A DNA stretch of 64,000 nt from contig JASVEC010000027.1 of the NCBI GenBank assembly GCA_030770535.1, forward strand, positions 248,001 through 312,000, in the 5' to 3' direction. Origin of the DNA: Batkoa obscura (Eukaryota). Below are positions 37,760 through 51,325 of this stretch, piece by piece. The notes under the pieces were generated by a model. That model searched no databases, was not told the DNA's origin, and was given only the letters and a program-made list of their open reading frames with translations. Position numbers and translations under genes: made by a program. Each line of letters begins with the position of its first letter. Position 1 is the first letter of the stretch.

Positions 37760-39039
37760 TTTAACCTTTTATGGACTATATATACAATAATGCACTTCTC
37801 TTGAAATAATTAAAAGGTTAAAGGGCGTTGATATTTTTTTTGAAAATAAAAGCTAATTTCAGGTCCAATTTTAACTAATTATTCAATCATTTTGCTCTTT
37901 GTGCCTGATTAAATAACTTCTCCCTTTCTTACTAGTTGTTTCTTTAACTTTTACCTTTTTACTTCCCAATCATTTAACTCAAAATTAAAACATGCATCGA
38001 ATCATTAATTGACTATTTTTATTAATCTGGATTTCGTGTATTTAATTCGTTAGAATCTAAAACCTACTTTTACCTAATCTTGCATTAAGAATTTTATATT
38101 CCCCATCCCCTAACTTTTTTATATTTGTGTCATTTAAATAAAATCCCGTGATGATTAGAAATAAGCATTGACTTAGACCGAGTTACGATATTAGCATATT
38201 AATAAACTTTGTTATGTTAGGTTATTCTATGTTTATTCAAGATATATTGGTATTATTTTAATGATGATATTGAAAAGCAATCCACCCCTCATTCTACCGA
38301 AAGGAGCTTCAATCCCAGTTCTGAGCATATGAAAATAACACATAAAATCTTCCTTAACTTTCGATATGAAAATTAGTTTCATTACTAAGGTTAATGATTT
38401 AAAGCCTTCTTAATAGAACCTTGTGTTGTAATTACAATTAATAGTAGAGCTACTAAGGATTACAATCTTTGCTAAAGCTAAGGTGCGGTTAAGGCCTAAT
38501 TAGGCTGTTCTTATGACGTTGGTATTAAAGATAGAGATTTTGAGTAAATAGGCAATGTTTTTAAAAAAATGATAATATATATCATATATTAAAAACATTT
38601 ACATATAAATAATTTAAAATGCATATTATAAAAAATATGGAGTTAAAGTACTATCTTTATTGTTATCACCCTGAGTTAATCTCCGATATTCTAAGAATTT
38701 TCTATCTGACTATTTTTTTATAAAAGAAATATAATAAACCACTATTCTGTTTCTTCACTTAACCTCGATATACGACAATAAATATTTTATTATGATGTTA
38801 TAAAATTGAGTTTAAAATTAAAAACCATTATTTTAAACATTCAATTAAATTATTTCAAAATCAATATTAAATGTGCCACTCAATTTTCAGTTGAAAAAAA
38901 AATCAAGTTTAAATCGAAATATATTCAATCGAAAATTTTAAAATTTTAATTAAGTGTTTGACAAAAATAAAACAGTAAATCAACTATATATTATGACTAT
39001 GATTACCATTACTATTATATTTCATTTTAACTTCTTCCA

Positions 39040-39669
39040 ATGTTTTTATCTATTCCGTTAATACTACTATATCTAAGGCTTATCACAGCTAAATTTCAAA
39101 TCAAGGGTTTAGATTATGAGAATCCCGAGGCCCCTATAAGGCATAAATTTATAGAAACGAATGGCAATGGATTAATAGCGAAAAACGATACAAGTCCATG
39201 GCCAACTGGGCGTCATTTTTTTACAAGCCATAAAGAAAATTTTGAACTAATTAACAACAGCGAAAAGAATATCACCACTTTATTAGTAACGTTAAACATC
39301 CCAACTCCAGTGAACCCAAATATGATGCGTCAAGTGAAATTCACTGGCCCAAGCCAACAATTTTCTTTACTAATGTTTAATGGATTAGGTGAAATGATTA
39401 CATATGTAGTTATGGTAACCGATGATTTTATTATTGAGGATTACGATGCGATTAATCATAAGGATCCTTTATATTCAATCACTGGACCTTCTAATGCTTT
39501 TGATGAGGTTCAAAATACTGACGGTTCTCTAACCCTTAAAGTTAACTCCCCTCATTCGCCTAAGCCTATGGTTTCTTATCTTTCTATTATTTTGGAAAAA
39601 AATGATTTTAAAAGGGAAATTAATAAGCCTTCAACGATAACTTACTATATCTTATTTTTTACCTCCTGA
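39040..39669 (+). CDS. Hypothetical secreted/surface protein, 209 aa
   Basis: Intronless ORF with signal-peptide-like N-terminus and hydrophobic C-terminus (ITYYILFFTS). Confidence 0.65.
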   Translation: MFLSIPLILLYLRLITAKFQIKGLDYENPEAPIRHKFIETNGNGLIAKNDTSPWPTGRHFFTSHKENFELINNSEKNITTLLVTLNIPTPVNPNMMRQVKFTGPSQQFSLLMFNGLGEMITYVVMVTDDFIIEDYDAINHKDPLYSITGPSNAFDEVQNTDGSLTLKVNSPHSPKPMVSYLSIILEKNDFKREINKPSTITYYILFFTS

Positions 39670-40094
39670 AATAAAATTAATTTAATAGATATTTTAATAA
39701 AAATATTATATATAGGTATGAAATACATCAAATTGTAATAGCGTTAGGACATTAAACATTCTACAATCTAATAGTATTGATGTCTTATAACTAAAAACAA
39801 TACTTTGACATTTATCGAATAATAGTAAAATAAGCTTTATAAAATAGTTAAAGCTTTATAAACAAAAGATAAAAACTTTGTAAATCTATAAACTTAACTC
39901 TATAAGCTTTAAGGTTATGACACCATACTCTACAAGATCTCAGCACTTTTATGACCGCCTTTTTAGCACCGCCTCTTTACTTTTATTATTTCTAATATTA
40001 AAATTAAAGTTCATAGTTAATCAAGATAAAACTAAAAATAACTACTAATTTTAAGGTTATAATACAGGACCATATTTATATAAGAAAATAAATA

Positions 40095-40922
40095 TTAATG
40101 AAAAGCAAAGGTACCAAATTTTGGCAGAGTAACTGGAAAATAAGTTGAAATTCGATCATAATAAATTTCTTGGTCTGTTTTTAAATAAGTACAAAATATT
40201 ACTCTCTTAATACTAGTTTCTGGGTGAGTTCTTAACCAAGAAGAAACCGAATTCAAAGCTATATTGGCTGCGGATAAATTAGGAAATCGATTGATGCCTG
40301 TAGATATACATGGAAAAGCAATTGAGCTTATTGGGGGGTCCAAGCTAGAAGCAAGTTCCAAGCTTTTAACATAACAAGATTTCAACTTATCGTTAATTTG
40401 GTATGCTGGACCAACGGTGTGTATGACATGCTTTGCCGGTAATCTATACCCTTTGGTAATGCAAACTTCTCCAACTCCACAACCCCCAATCAATTTACAT
40501 TCAGCAACAAATTCTGGTCCTCCAGCATCAACGATGGCCTTAGTGACACCATAGCCGTGTAATATCTTAAAAGTGGTTGCGTTTACAATAACATCCACGT
40601 TTAATTTTGTTATATCTCCTTTCCATATTGATACTTTAGAATTAATATAAAAATCTGGCTCATAATTGTGCTTTTTAAAAGGCAATGTGACATTATATAT
40701 TGTGCTACCAGGACCTTGACGGCCTTCAGTAAAAAGCTGGCTCTCATTTAACTCTTCTTCGTCATCCACATCTGAGGAAGAATTACTTGAGCTACTTTCG
40801 TATCCATTACTTGATTGGCTCTTACATTGATTACTATCAAGTTCATTATTTCTAGCTTCGTTATAGACTAAAGAGTCATAACCCCATGTTGGAATTTGAT
40901 TGATACTAAATATTTTTTCCAT
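40095..40922 (-). CDS. Macro domain protein, paralogue of 17158..18072
   Basis: YEPDF.INSKVSIWKGDITKL..D.IVNATTF.ILHG.GVT.AI..AGGP...HTVGP...SIAFPCISTG. Confidence 0.9.
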   Translation of the reverse strand: MEKIFSINQIPTWGYDSLVYNEARNNELDSNQCKSQSSNGYESSSSNSSSDVDDEEELNESQLFTEGRQGPGSTIYNVTLPFKKHNYEPDFYINSKVSIWKGDITKLNVDVIVNATTFKILHGYGVTKAIVDAGGPEFVAECKLIGGCGVGEVCITKGYRLPAKHVIHTVGPAYQINDKLKSCYVKSLELASSLDPPISSIAFPCISTGINRFPNLSAANIALNSVSSWLRTHPETSIKRVIFCTYLKTDQEIYYDRISTYFPVTLPKFGTFAFH

Positions 40923-41195
40923 TTGAATTAAATTTTAAAAATAAACTGTTTTCATTGTTCTGTATTATTTTAAGCCATTGCGTAGTCTGAATTTTAATTT
41001 GATGATGGTAATTTGTTACTGCCATCCACTTAAATCTTGCCTCATTCCACTATCACTAAAAGGTTGCTACTTTGGAATATATTTTAAAAGTTGTTATACT
41101 CGAGCTCTCGATAACTAAATCCATACCTTAAACTCAATATCCCCCAGTCTAAATCTCCGTATCAAAGTTGCTATTTTTGAATGTAGATTGCTAAA

Positions 41196-41300
41196 ATGAG
41201 AATGTTTTTTTTGGTTTCATTATTTTTCTATCTTTTAGGCGTTATTTAAGTGGAAAAATTGTTAGTAAAATTCTTAAACATAAAAATACATCCCCAAATA
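41196..41300 (-). mobile_element. MITE family A copy (reverse)
   Basis: ...aagtggaaaaattgttagtaaaattcttaaacataaaaatacatcccca is the reverse complement of the family consensus. Confidence 0.85.
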
Positions 41301-42419
41301 GCCTTTAATTTGAACTTTAAATAAAAAACTGTCCTTGTTTTTAAGCATAATTTGCAATAAATGCACTCTATTTACTCCATATTACTAGAAATAAAGGGTT
41401 CCCTTGGCCAATCCTGCTTTGCACAATAAAAATTGTTAGATTAAATGTTAAAAAATAGCAACACTTAAAGCCCATTTTATTCTAGAATCTTTAAAATAGT
41501 CGCTTATAACAAATAAGTTCCGTTACATAACAATTTGAATTTATGATAATATAATTTTCTTAAATTGCTTAATTGGAATAGCAACCTTATTAATGATAAT
41601 CTAGTTGATCATTTTATATGGCTTTTGTTTTGAATATACACTTTTATCTCAGGATAAATAAATATTCAGTTTATAATAACTTGATTTTGAAGTCCTTTAC
41701 AACAAAAGCTTAACTTTAATGAGTGCCGAATAAAATAACAATACTTTACGATCCAACTCTATTAATAAGTGCATATTAAATGTCTTAAATGTGAGAAAAT
41801 GAATATAATTCTTATATAAATTACAATAAGAATTTTTATATGATAACTTTATTAGATATTCGTTTTATGAAAGGAGATGTAATAAAAAATGTTTATTATT
41901 AAATTTCATGCATTTTATTATTCAGACAATACTTAAAACAATTGTCTGTTAAAATATTACTTCTTTGTTCAGGGTAACACACTACATAATTAACTTTGGT
42001 GTGGTTGTTATATTAGTTTTTTCTTAATAAACTACAATAAACATCAAAAACTTAGAGTGATGAGGTAGAATAAAAGCTTGGCCGCACAAACAATATCATT
42101 TTTATTGTATAAATAAATTATGATTGGTTTGGATTATATAGCATTAACTAAGCATAATTTTAATAAAAACCTGGTTTGGGAAATCACAGGCATGTGACAC
42201 AGCGACTAGTCATTAAATAAACCAATATAAACTTAAATCAAATCACTTAAATTTATTTGCTTCTTTCTTTCTATCGTTATTTACTTTCAGAGCCACTTTT
42301 TCAAATCATATATTTTATAGACTATTAAACATTTTTAACAGAAGTCATCCCGAATATTTTATTAAACAAACCGTTGATATTCTTTAAATCTATTTGTATT
42401 ATTATTGTTATCCTTGACT

Positions 42420-43016
42420 ATGAGCTCAGCCATGCCAGTACCACAGCGTTCTAATTCTTATGCAACAGAATCCACTCGTCCTATTAAAGTGTGGTCAGCA
42501 AATCAATCTTTTTGCGAGGAGCCTGAAATGGAAGACATTGTTTCTCCAGAGTTACCTAAGCGTCCTGATTTTAATCGTAGAAAAGTAAGTCCTTAAATTA
42601 TTTTATAAGCTTAGTATTAATATTATTTATAGTCAACAACATTTGCTGTACCAGGCCTCAGCTACGATTACCAAGAAAGCCTATTAAAAGACTTTGATAT
42701 CCCAGAAGCATTTTGGAATAAGTTTATTTCGGCCCTTAACGCAGCATTAAGTGAGATTCCAAAATGGAAAGATCCACAATCTGTTCGGCGCCGTCGTGGA
42801 CTTTCTTTTAGTGAGGGAGACAGAGAAGTAGTCTGTTTTGGATCCCATGAACCTTCTCAGCTTGATCAAGCTGAAAGAGTCATTAAATGGTGGAATGATG
42901 ACTACTTTAACGACAAAGGGTGTCAAGTTAAGCTCGAATTCAAACAACCAGAAGGAGATATTGAAAATGCATTTGGATTTGACGTTAAACCATGCCTTTC
43001 TCTCCTTTCTGTTTAA
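42420..43016 (+). CDS. Uncharacterised ~182-aa protein, 2 exons (weak resemblance to DUF4646/Erf4-like pattern)
   Basis: Exon 1 42420-42584, intron 42585-42632, exon 2 open to TAA at 43014-43016; motifs DIPEAFWNKFISALN and VIKWWNDDYFNDKGCQVKL. Confidence 0.7.
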
Positions 43017-44489
43017 ATTTTAAAAATCAACCTTTCACTTGCCTGTTCTAACCTCTGAAGCTTTTATATCTATTTGATTGTCTAACTTTTATAATCCTTA
43101 TTATTGAAACGACATCACTACATTATTTTGTGCTTTGAGTATTCAATAAATTTATATTATTTTAAAGTAATGGGTTAGATTTAAAATACTGACTTTTAGA
43201 CATGAGAATTTATTATTCTTTAGTTATGTATAAATTAGAAGTCACATTTGTGAGATTGTTTTATTATACCTGAAATTAGCATCTTGGAATTAGATTACAA
43301 AATGATCTGAGGTAAAGCTATTTATTATATTCACTGATCTTAATTGTTTAATATAATCAATTAATTGCTCTAATTAGCAACTGATATTTTATAGTTTTGT
43401 GCCATCAATAATACAAATGATATAGCTAAAAAATAATGCGAAAATCAAGGTTCAAAAAATCATAATAGTTGTAGTATCAACAAGATCACTTTGGTTTAAA
43501 AATTATTGTAGATAAGGTAGGTGCTTAGATCTTTTTAGATTTGTTTATTACACCATAATTTAAGGTTTTTTAAGTAGTTAATTATAACGTATTTGTAAAA
43601 AAATTACTCCTTTATTACCCCACTTGTTTGTAAGTATGTGGTTAAATAATAGACATTATAAAATATTAATAAAGATAAAAAGTAGATAGTAGCTATTTTA
43701 AATATCATTTCTTTATTATTGCAATATGGGGCTGAGCTCGTTATTTTTTTTGTCCTTAAAAAATATTGATAGCTTCTTTCTTTTATAACGTCTTTAAGTT
43801 TTAATCATTTTAACTTCAAATAAAATATTTGAATTACTATATGACGATAAAGACAGCTCGATATTATTCAAATACATGTCTGGTTTCAATACTATACTAC
43901 TATTTAATGCTCAAGTCCTTTTTAAAAGCCCTTGTAAAATTTAAAAAAAATACTTTTCACATTAATTTAGATTTACAAGATAAAATCTGGCTATTTTATT
44001 GAAAAAATATTATCCCTTTCAAAAAAAATACATCTATTTTAATTCTTTTTTGTACACTTTAAAGTAAAAGTGAACCTGAAATTTCCCTATTTGTACATAA
44101 AACTACATAAACTTTAAATTAAATGAATAGTTTTTTTTGTAAAGTGAACAATCTTTTTAATAAATTGATTAAAATTTATTTTATAAATGCCAAATTAATA
44201 AGTGAAAATAACATATTTGAGGTTTGTTAAAATTCTGCAATAAATTTAATCATTCTTTTTTATTATCTGATTCCAAATAGCATGTCCTAAAAACCATAGT
44301 AAAAGTTTTATAGTATTATCATAAATATACAAAGCACATTTTATAAATTATATGATAGTTTCTAGATATTTATTTTAACAAAAATATTTATGCTATTAAA
44401 GAATAAAGCTTGAGTTAAATTTCAAATATTCAAACCAAATAAATTTAACTCGAAAAAAAAATGTTTACTTTTTGCAAAACATTCCTAAA

Positions 44490-45561
44490 ATGAGTCCAAC
44501 TTCACGTATTATAATAACAGGGGGTTCGCGAGGAATAGGATACAGTATAGCCAAAAAGTTCTACGATGAAGGACATAACTTAGTCTTAATCTCTTCAAGT
44601 GACAAAATTTATGAAGTGTTTAAAGAAAATGATAGAGTATTAAAATATAAAGTAGATGTAACGAGTTATGATGCATTAAATAAATTATTCAAGGTAGCTG
44701 TTGAAAGTTATTAATTTTACCCTTTTTTATATTTTTATTGCTCTGATTAGGACTTATCAAAGTTAAGTGATATTGATTGTTTAATCAATTCTGCAGGTAC
44801 ATTGTTTTTAACAAAAAAGATAATTTTAATTAATTTTAATTAATTTTAATTAATTTTAAGGTATATCCATTAACGGACCATTAAGTATACAAAGTGAAAG
44901 TGCTATATTTAAAGTTTTAAATATTAATCTCATGGGTACAGTATATACTAATAAGTTAACTTCCAAAATGTTTTTAAAGAATAAAAAACAAGGTAAATCA
45001 TAGGCTTAATAGCAAAATATCTAAATGACAGCTTAGGCTCCATTATAAACATAAGTAGCGTGATAGGTCTAATCGGTAATCCAGGGCAATCTGTTTACTC
45101 TGCTAGTAAATCTGGCGTTATAGGTAACACTATTATCTGTTACTTTATACATAATAATTTTTTTTAGGATTGACTAAATCTTTAGCAAAAGAATTGGGTC
45201 CTAGAAACATTCGAGTAAATTGTATTGCTCCTGGTTTTATAAATAGTGATATGACTAAAGGTAAAAACAATTAAATGATAAATAGTGATATTTATTGGCT
45301 TTTAGATTTAAGTCAAGAATTAAAAGCTGATTATCTGAAGCGTATACCATTAAGTAGATTTGGTGAACCTGAAGTAATTTACAAAAAACTAAAAAGCATC
45401 TAAAAAATATTAATTCTTTTAAAAGGAAATAGCTGAAGTTACCTATTTGTTATACAAATCAAAATATATGAATGGAACAGTAACATTTTATTTATTTGAC
45501 TTATTGTTATATTTATATTTAAAAATAGGTTTTAACAGTAGATGGAGGTTTATCATGCTAG
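44490..45561 (+). CDS. Short-chain dehydrogenase/reductase, 3-oxoacyl-ACP reductase (FabG/CBR4/Oar1-like), 8 exons
   Basis: [72 protein letters not shown]; 7 GT-AG introns. Confidence 0.92.
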
Positions 45562-45570
45562 ATCTTTTTT

Positions 45571-46274
45571 CTAGAACGTAAAAGTATCGGTATCTAATAA
45601 ATCATATTTGTCCCATAATACATCCTTCTTCTTAACCCCTGTTTTTATTGCATTTCTCTTCAATTCTGCCCAATCCCTTTTACTTTCTTCATCTGGGTAT
45701 CTCCTTTGAGGTGCTGGGAAATGATCGCGCCAGTTTGAATTAGATTCTCGATTTACTTGCATCCTCTCAAAATTTGGTATGATTTCGTCCAATTCTTCAT
45801 GAATAAAACTTCTGTTAGAATGACTACCTCTATTATACTCGTATTCATTTCTTTCATTAATAAAATTCCTATTGGAATTGCTATTCCTACCTGTGTGACT
45901 ATTTCTACTGTTTTTGTGTTCACTATTTCTACTATTTATTAGTGAAGGCTTAGGTTCAGTAATATATTCTTCTTCACTAACCTCATTGATATACTCCACA
46001 TCACTATCATAACCACCAGTATCCCATTTTTTAATACTACATTCTTTCCCTAAAACTATTGGTTCATTATCGTGTTGGTGTTGCCTTGAATCTATTTAAT
46101 CCTATTAGTCATTATTTACCAGTTAATTTAAATTTAAGTACCATTGTTAGCATTAGCTATTTCAATAGAATACTTTATATATCCATTTTCACCCTCCGAA
46201 TAATCATAATATTCTACTTCTTTATCGCAGTGCAAACTACGAGTCCATTGATTGATCCTTTCTCCATCTCTCAT
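45571..46274 (-). CDS. Hypothetical hydrophilic protein (5' end uncertain)
   Basis: Exon from ATG 46274 (MRDGERINQW...) splices through a phase-1 intron (~46141-46092) into the frame of the 142-aa ORF; further upstream exons are possible. Confidence 0.55.
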
Positions 46275-47981
46275 TTTGCCTTGTATTTTTTTTATTCCCT
46301 TCTATCCTTATCAATATAAAAAATTAAGTTTCAAAATAGAATTTCCGTTTAATCACCTCCCTAATTTCATTTCATACTAATTTTAGTTGCTAAAACAATT
46401 TACTTTTCACTGCTCCATTACACTTTAGAATGTAGAAATATTATTGGTTAAATTAAAATTAAGAATCTTTGACAGTTTTGGCTTTTAAAAGGTAGCTCAC
46501 AATGGTAACTTATACAAGATATCAATAGTTTAATAGCTCCTTTCCCGCAGAGGATTAATCACTATTCACTCTTTCCACTTATTCTCTTTTAGTAAATGTT
46601 TTTAAGAGAGTAAACATTGAGTCTTTTGGCTTTTGATTACAAAAAGGTTTTGCTTTTCCAATTTTTAAAATGGTTGCTTTTTTTCTCCTGAAAGGTGTAA
46701 ACCAAGTGTTTTGTTTGTCAACGTAAATAAATATAAGTCACCCAGTTTAAGGAACTCGGGAGTCAATGAATAAACCCCAATAAAATAAAGGGCAAGTTCA
46801 GAAAGCTCATACTTTTTGGAATATTTGAGCAGCCTTAATGACATAGAGCTAACCTCGGATTTACAAGGCATATAAAAAAACATGTGCTTTTTTTTAATTA
46901 GTTTATGTGCTTTTAGTAGCTTCTATATTCTTCTATTTTTTAGCATTTGGATAGAAATTATGTAGCAATGAATAATATACCTTTAAACAAACATCAAATA
47001 GTAATGAGTTCTAAATATAATTATGTCATTTACTATATAAATGTATAGTGCTGTTCCTAATTCATATTGATCATGTCATTATTTTTTGTAAACTATTTTT
47101 ATAATTATATTTATTGAACAATATCCAATTTCTATTTTTTATTTTAATTTCTATTACGATACGTAATAGTTTTTTATTTAGTTAATGTTTTGACTTTATC
47201 TATTCTAATTTTATAAAAACTTAACTTCGAGTTTACAAATTCATTATGCATTTTTATAATCTTTAGTATTAAATTCCATTTGAATATAATAGTTTTTTTT
47301 ACAATATTAAAGTAGAAGACAAATATATTTATTTGGTTGAACATCAAATTATTAACTTTAGCTTGTTCAAGACTTATTAAAAAAAACTTATTAAAAAACT
47401 ACAAGCACATTAAACTTTTACAATATTTAATAAAAAATGTATTAAACTAATAAATAGTGTCTTAATAAAACAAATTTTGTCTCTTAAATATTAGGTAACT
47501 GTCTCTTTAGGACAGTTTTTCTTATCCTTGTAGCGACATACACAGAATACAGGTTAGTCATAGATCCTTTACCTCTCCTAGATTTTCTAATTTTATCTTA
47601 ATTTAACTCCTCCACAAATGAAATGTCGTATTAAATATTTAAGCTTATTTCATGAAATCATACAAATCTTTTATCACTATTTTTAGCACCAGGAATAGTT
47701 CCAGTCCTGCTGTATCCCACTCATTAGACCTTGGTTGAAAGCTTTTCCTTTTTGACTTCTCTCTTGGCCTTGTTGGTTATCTTTTATACTAAATAAAAAT
47801 ATGATGTCGAAGACATTAGGACTAAAAAACTATCGACCTTTGAAAATAAACGAGATATTATAGCTATAATGTAAATTGTTTAAAATAATTTATAGCCATA
47901 CTAACCAATTTACATATGAGATAGTTTGCTCATAGTGAATTTTATTCATTTTTAAGCTAAGGATATGATTTTCATTTGAAA

Positions 47982-48086
47982 TATGGGGATGTATTTTTGT
48001 GTTTAAGAATTTTACTAACAATCTTTCCACTCAAATAGTGCTTAAAAGATGGAAAAAGTGATGAAGTCAAAAAAAACACCCCTATA
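47982..48086 (+). mobile_element. MITE family A copy
   Basis: tatggggatgtattttt...aaaaaacacccctata. Confidence 0.9.
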
Positions 48087-48128
48087 AAAATAAAAGCACG
48101 CTCATAAACAGTTACTGTATAGTCTTTA

Positions 48129-48233
48129 TATGGGGATGTGTTTTTTTGTTTAAGAATTTTACTAACAATTTTTCCGCTTAAATAGCGCTTAAAACATGGG
48201 AAAAGTGATGAATCCAAAAAAAATATCCTCATA
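48129..48233 (+). mobile_element. MITE family A copy (tandem neighbour, ~40 bp from the previous copy)
   Basis: tatggggatgtgttttt...aaaaatatcctcata. Confidence 0.9.
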
Positions 48234-48362
48234 TACGAGTTTCAAAGATAGATTATATATTCAGTATTTGTCTAATAATTGATTACAGGGAAACTAAAGA
48301 ACTCTAAGTGATACATTTATTGTATAATAAAGTAAATAAAAGGATTGATTTAAACCATTTAA

Positions 48363-50312
48363 TCAATGTTTAAATGCAAGCATGTTGATAGACCTGACTG
48401 GAGTGGTAACAATACGCAATTTAGACTTTACCTCGCTCTCATCCTTTAATTTGAAGCTAAAATTTCTAGCTAATGAAGCGGTAGCCAAATAAAGCTCCAT
48501 CCAAGCCAAGCCATAAAAAGATCAATTTAATTATATGTAAGCAGTTGATAGTTGTCTATCTTATTACCTTCTGCCTAAACATGCTCTTGGACCAATTAAA
48601 AATGGCATAAAGTATTTGTGAGATTTAAATTCGCTATTTTTATCAATCCATCTGTCAGGGTTAAATACTTCAGGATTTTTCCAATATTTAGTATTATAAT
48701 GAAGAGCAAGTACACTTGAAGAGACAATGGTCTATAAAAAATTAGAAGATATGCAATTATATATCAAAGTGAATTACATTTTCAGGAATAAAATAACCAT
48801 TGACCATTTTTCCACCTTTTGGGGCGTATCTTGGCAAATTCCCAGAAACAGCTGGTAAAATTCTCATACTTTCATAAATGACAGCTTTAAGATAAACACA
48901 TTCTTTACAGCTATTATAGTCTATAGTATCTTTGCTTGGGAATTTTTGAATCAACTCTACCTTTAGCCTGTTATAAATTTCGGGATGCTTTGATAAGAGA
49001 TAAAAAGTCCTAATTAGCTTGTCCAATGTATAGTTTAACTTCGGCTATAATTAAATTACCAAGTTAATGAATTAGAAGTTGTATCTGAACCAGCGACACA
49101 ATAAATTAATTAGAATACTGTAATGAGGTAACTAAGATTTTACAGTTGAACAATGGATTCTTTTACAATTTCTTTTTCATTGAGAGTCTTTCCAGTATCT
49201 GGGTCAGAAGCACTAATTAAAGTACTTAAGACAGTTACCCTGTCTGAACCTTCTTTGGTGTTTTTAACAGCTTCGTGGGAAAACTAATAAAATTTAGAAT
49301 AATTATTTCAACTTTTGATAGTTCGCGATTTACTTTATAAAGTTGAGTAAGACTGCCAAATTTGAATTTCTTTAAAAACGGAAACACACCAACCTTAAAT
49401 TTTAATAATCGTTTTATAGTATAAATAGTAAATAATTACTAAAACGACTTTACTGAAAAAATCTTTGATCCATCCAATAACCGGGTGATATCCATTTTTT
49501 TATCATATTAAAAGATCTACCATAAACTACATCCCCAATTACATCCTAATAATATACAATTTAGTATCAAGCAATATCGATAAAATATATCCTTACAAAA
49601 GAAAAGTAATGAAACAATAAACCAAAATCGAAACCTTTGTTCTCTAAAGCCATTCCCCCAACCTTGTTTACTGAGTTGTCTACATTTTCTTTTACCAAAT
49701 ATTCTATATTTCCTATAGCTTTATCTGAAAAACTAGGAGCAAGGATTTTTTTCTAATTATTTTTAATTATTAAATTTACAACATTTATAGACTATTTACT
49801 CTTTGACAATGAAAATCTTGATCCCTAAAAAACTTACAAACATCTTAAATATCTTGATTAATAATTAATTACATTGTACCGATAATCGTTTCCCCAATAA
49901 CTTTGAATCCATGATAGAAACCACTTTTCGGGAACGCATAAGTAGAATGTATCACTTTTGTTGCTTCATCGGATGAAAATGATACACTATTCCAATCTGG
50001 TAAAAACGTTAACCTTAATATATTAAACTAGTTAATTAATTACTTAATCTCACAGATTCACCGTACTTTTCATGAAGATCTCTTATGTATGTGTGCATGT
50101 CTCCCTTAAAAGTGAATATTCTAAAATAACTAGGAAATATCTGATGTATTAATGGACCTGGGATTTTGCTTAGAGGACTAAAAAATATATTGTATATTAC
50201 CTAGAAGGATGTTATTATCTTTAAAAGTAGTAAATAAAATGTATACGTTATAAATCCAATAAGATAGAACAGCTATTGCAGCATAAAATAGTAATGTAGA
50301 TAAATTGAACAT
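48363..50312 (-). pseudogene. Cytochrome P450 (multi-exon), apparently disabled
   Basis: SPLSKIPGP, AGSDTTS (I-helix), ESMR (ExxR), FNPDRW, FLIGPRACLG heme motif; +1 frameshift in the T7 run at 49495-49501; acceptors TG (49099-49100) and GG (48511-48512) where AG is expected. Confidence 0.8.
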
Positions 50313-50520
50313 TTTTTGACTTTTGATTTTTTGATTTTTGATTTTTTGCTTTTTTTAGCTCAATTTATATTTTTTACATTTCGGAAAAAGCTATAAAAAA
50401 TCGCTATACCAATTTTTGTTGAGTTACAGTTATTAAGCTATGCTTCCTTTGTCCCAAAAAGAGCGTCTAACTGTTTTCTAAATCATCTGGAATCCGACAT
50501 ATCAAAAACTGATTTCATTT

Positions 50521-50674
50521 TGATAAAAGTTTATGATTAGGTTGGTATAATTAAAACTTACTAAAAATATACAGTTACTTAATCTTATAAATATTTACTA
50601 GATCTGATGCTTACAGGTTTTTATCTAGTCATTAAACTTTTAATTATACCAATCTAAATACAAAATTTTATCAC
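50521..50674. repeat. Imperfect inverted repeat (~35-bp arms) upstream of the CYP
   Basis: tgataaaagtttatgattaggttggtataattaaaa / ttttaattataccaatctaaatacaaaattttatca. Confidence 0.65.
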
Positions 50675-51227
50675 TATAGTTTAGTAATCATTTTTTAAAT
50701 CCGATAGAGCTCTGGTTGGCTTAAGTGATAATTGGAGATCTTTTCGGGACAAGAGAATATTAGAGCTGTTCCAGCTTTATTGCGACTTAATTTGCGTAGA
50801 TTTTTAGACCCAATTATTTATTTGCTTGTTTTCTAAGGGCTTAATCAGTAATTTTTATACTGATTTTAGCAAAATTTTATTCTTAAATGGATATTAATTT
50901 AACCGCAATAGAGTTGGAGTAGTTGTAATTGGTTCCAATACTTTAGCGATATTCTGGCTTATTTTAAACTATTAAAAAGCTTAATGCGGCATGATTTACC
51001 CTAATAAAAAAAACTCTGGCTTTAAATTCTATACCAGTCTATTAATGATAAGTAAAAAGCACTTAAGTGATAACTTACTTTAAGCTATGATATATTTGGC
51101 TAATACATTTAAAAATACAAACAGCATCTTATATTCCTCAAATTAAGTTAATATCAAAGTATGACATGTTTTGATTCTATTTAAATACTCAAGTCATTAT
51201 GTTGCTCAAATTAGCTCTTAATTATTA

Positions 51228-51325
51228 TATGGCAAGTCTTTTTTTTGCCTAAAATTCTACTAACAACTCCTCCAGCCAATAGCGCTTAAAAGGACAAATA
51301 AATGAAATTAAAAGGACACCCCGAA
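51228..51325 (+). mobile_element. MITE family A copy (degenerate)
   Basis: ...attctactaacaactcctccagccaatagcgcttaaaagg...acacccc. Confidence 0.65.

Noticed and set aside
47972..48232. 86-aa ORF with an internal repeat, similar to the 64-aa ORF at 60092..60286
   Set aside because: The similarity comes entirely from MITE family A copies, not from a protein family
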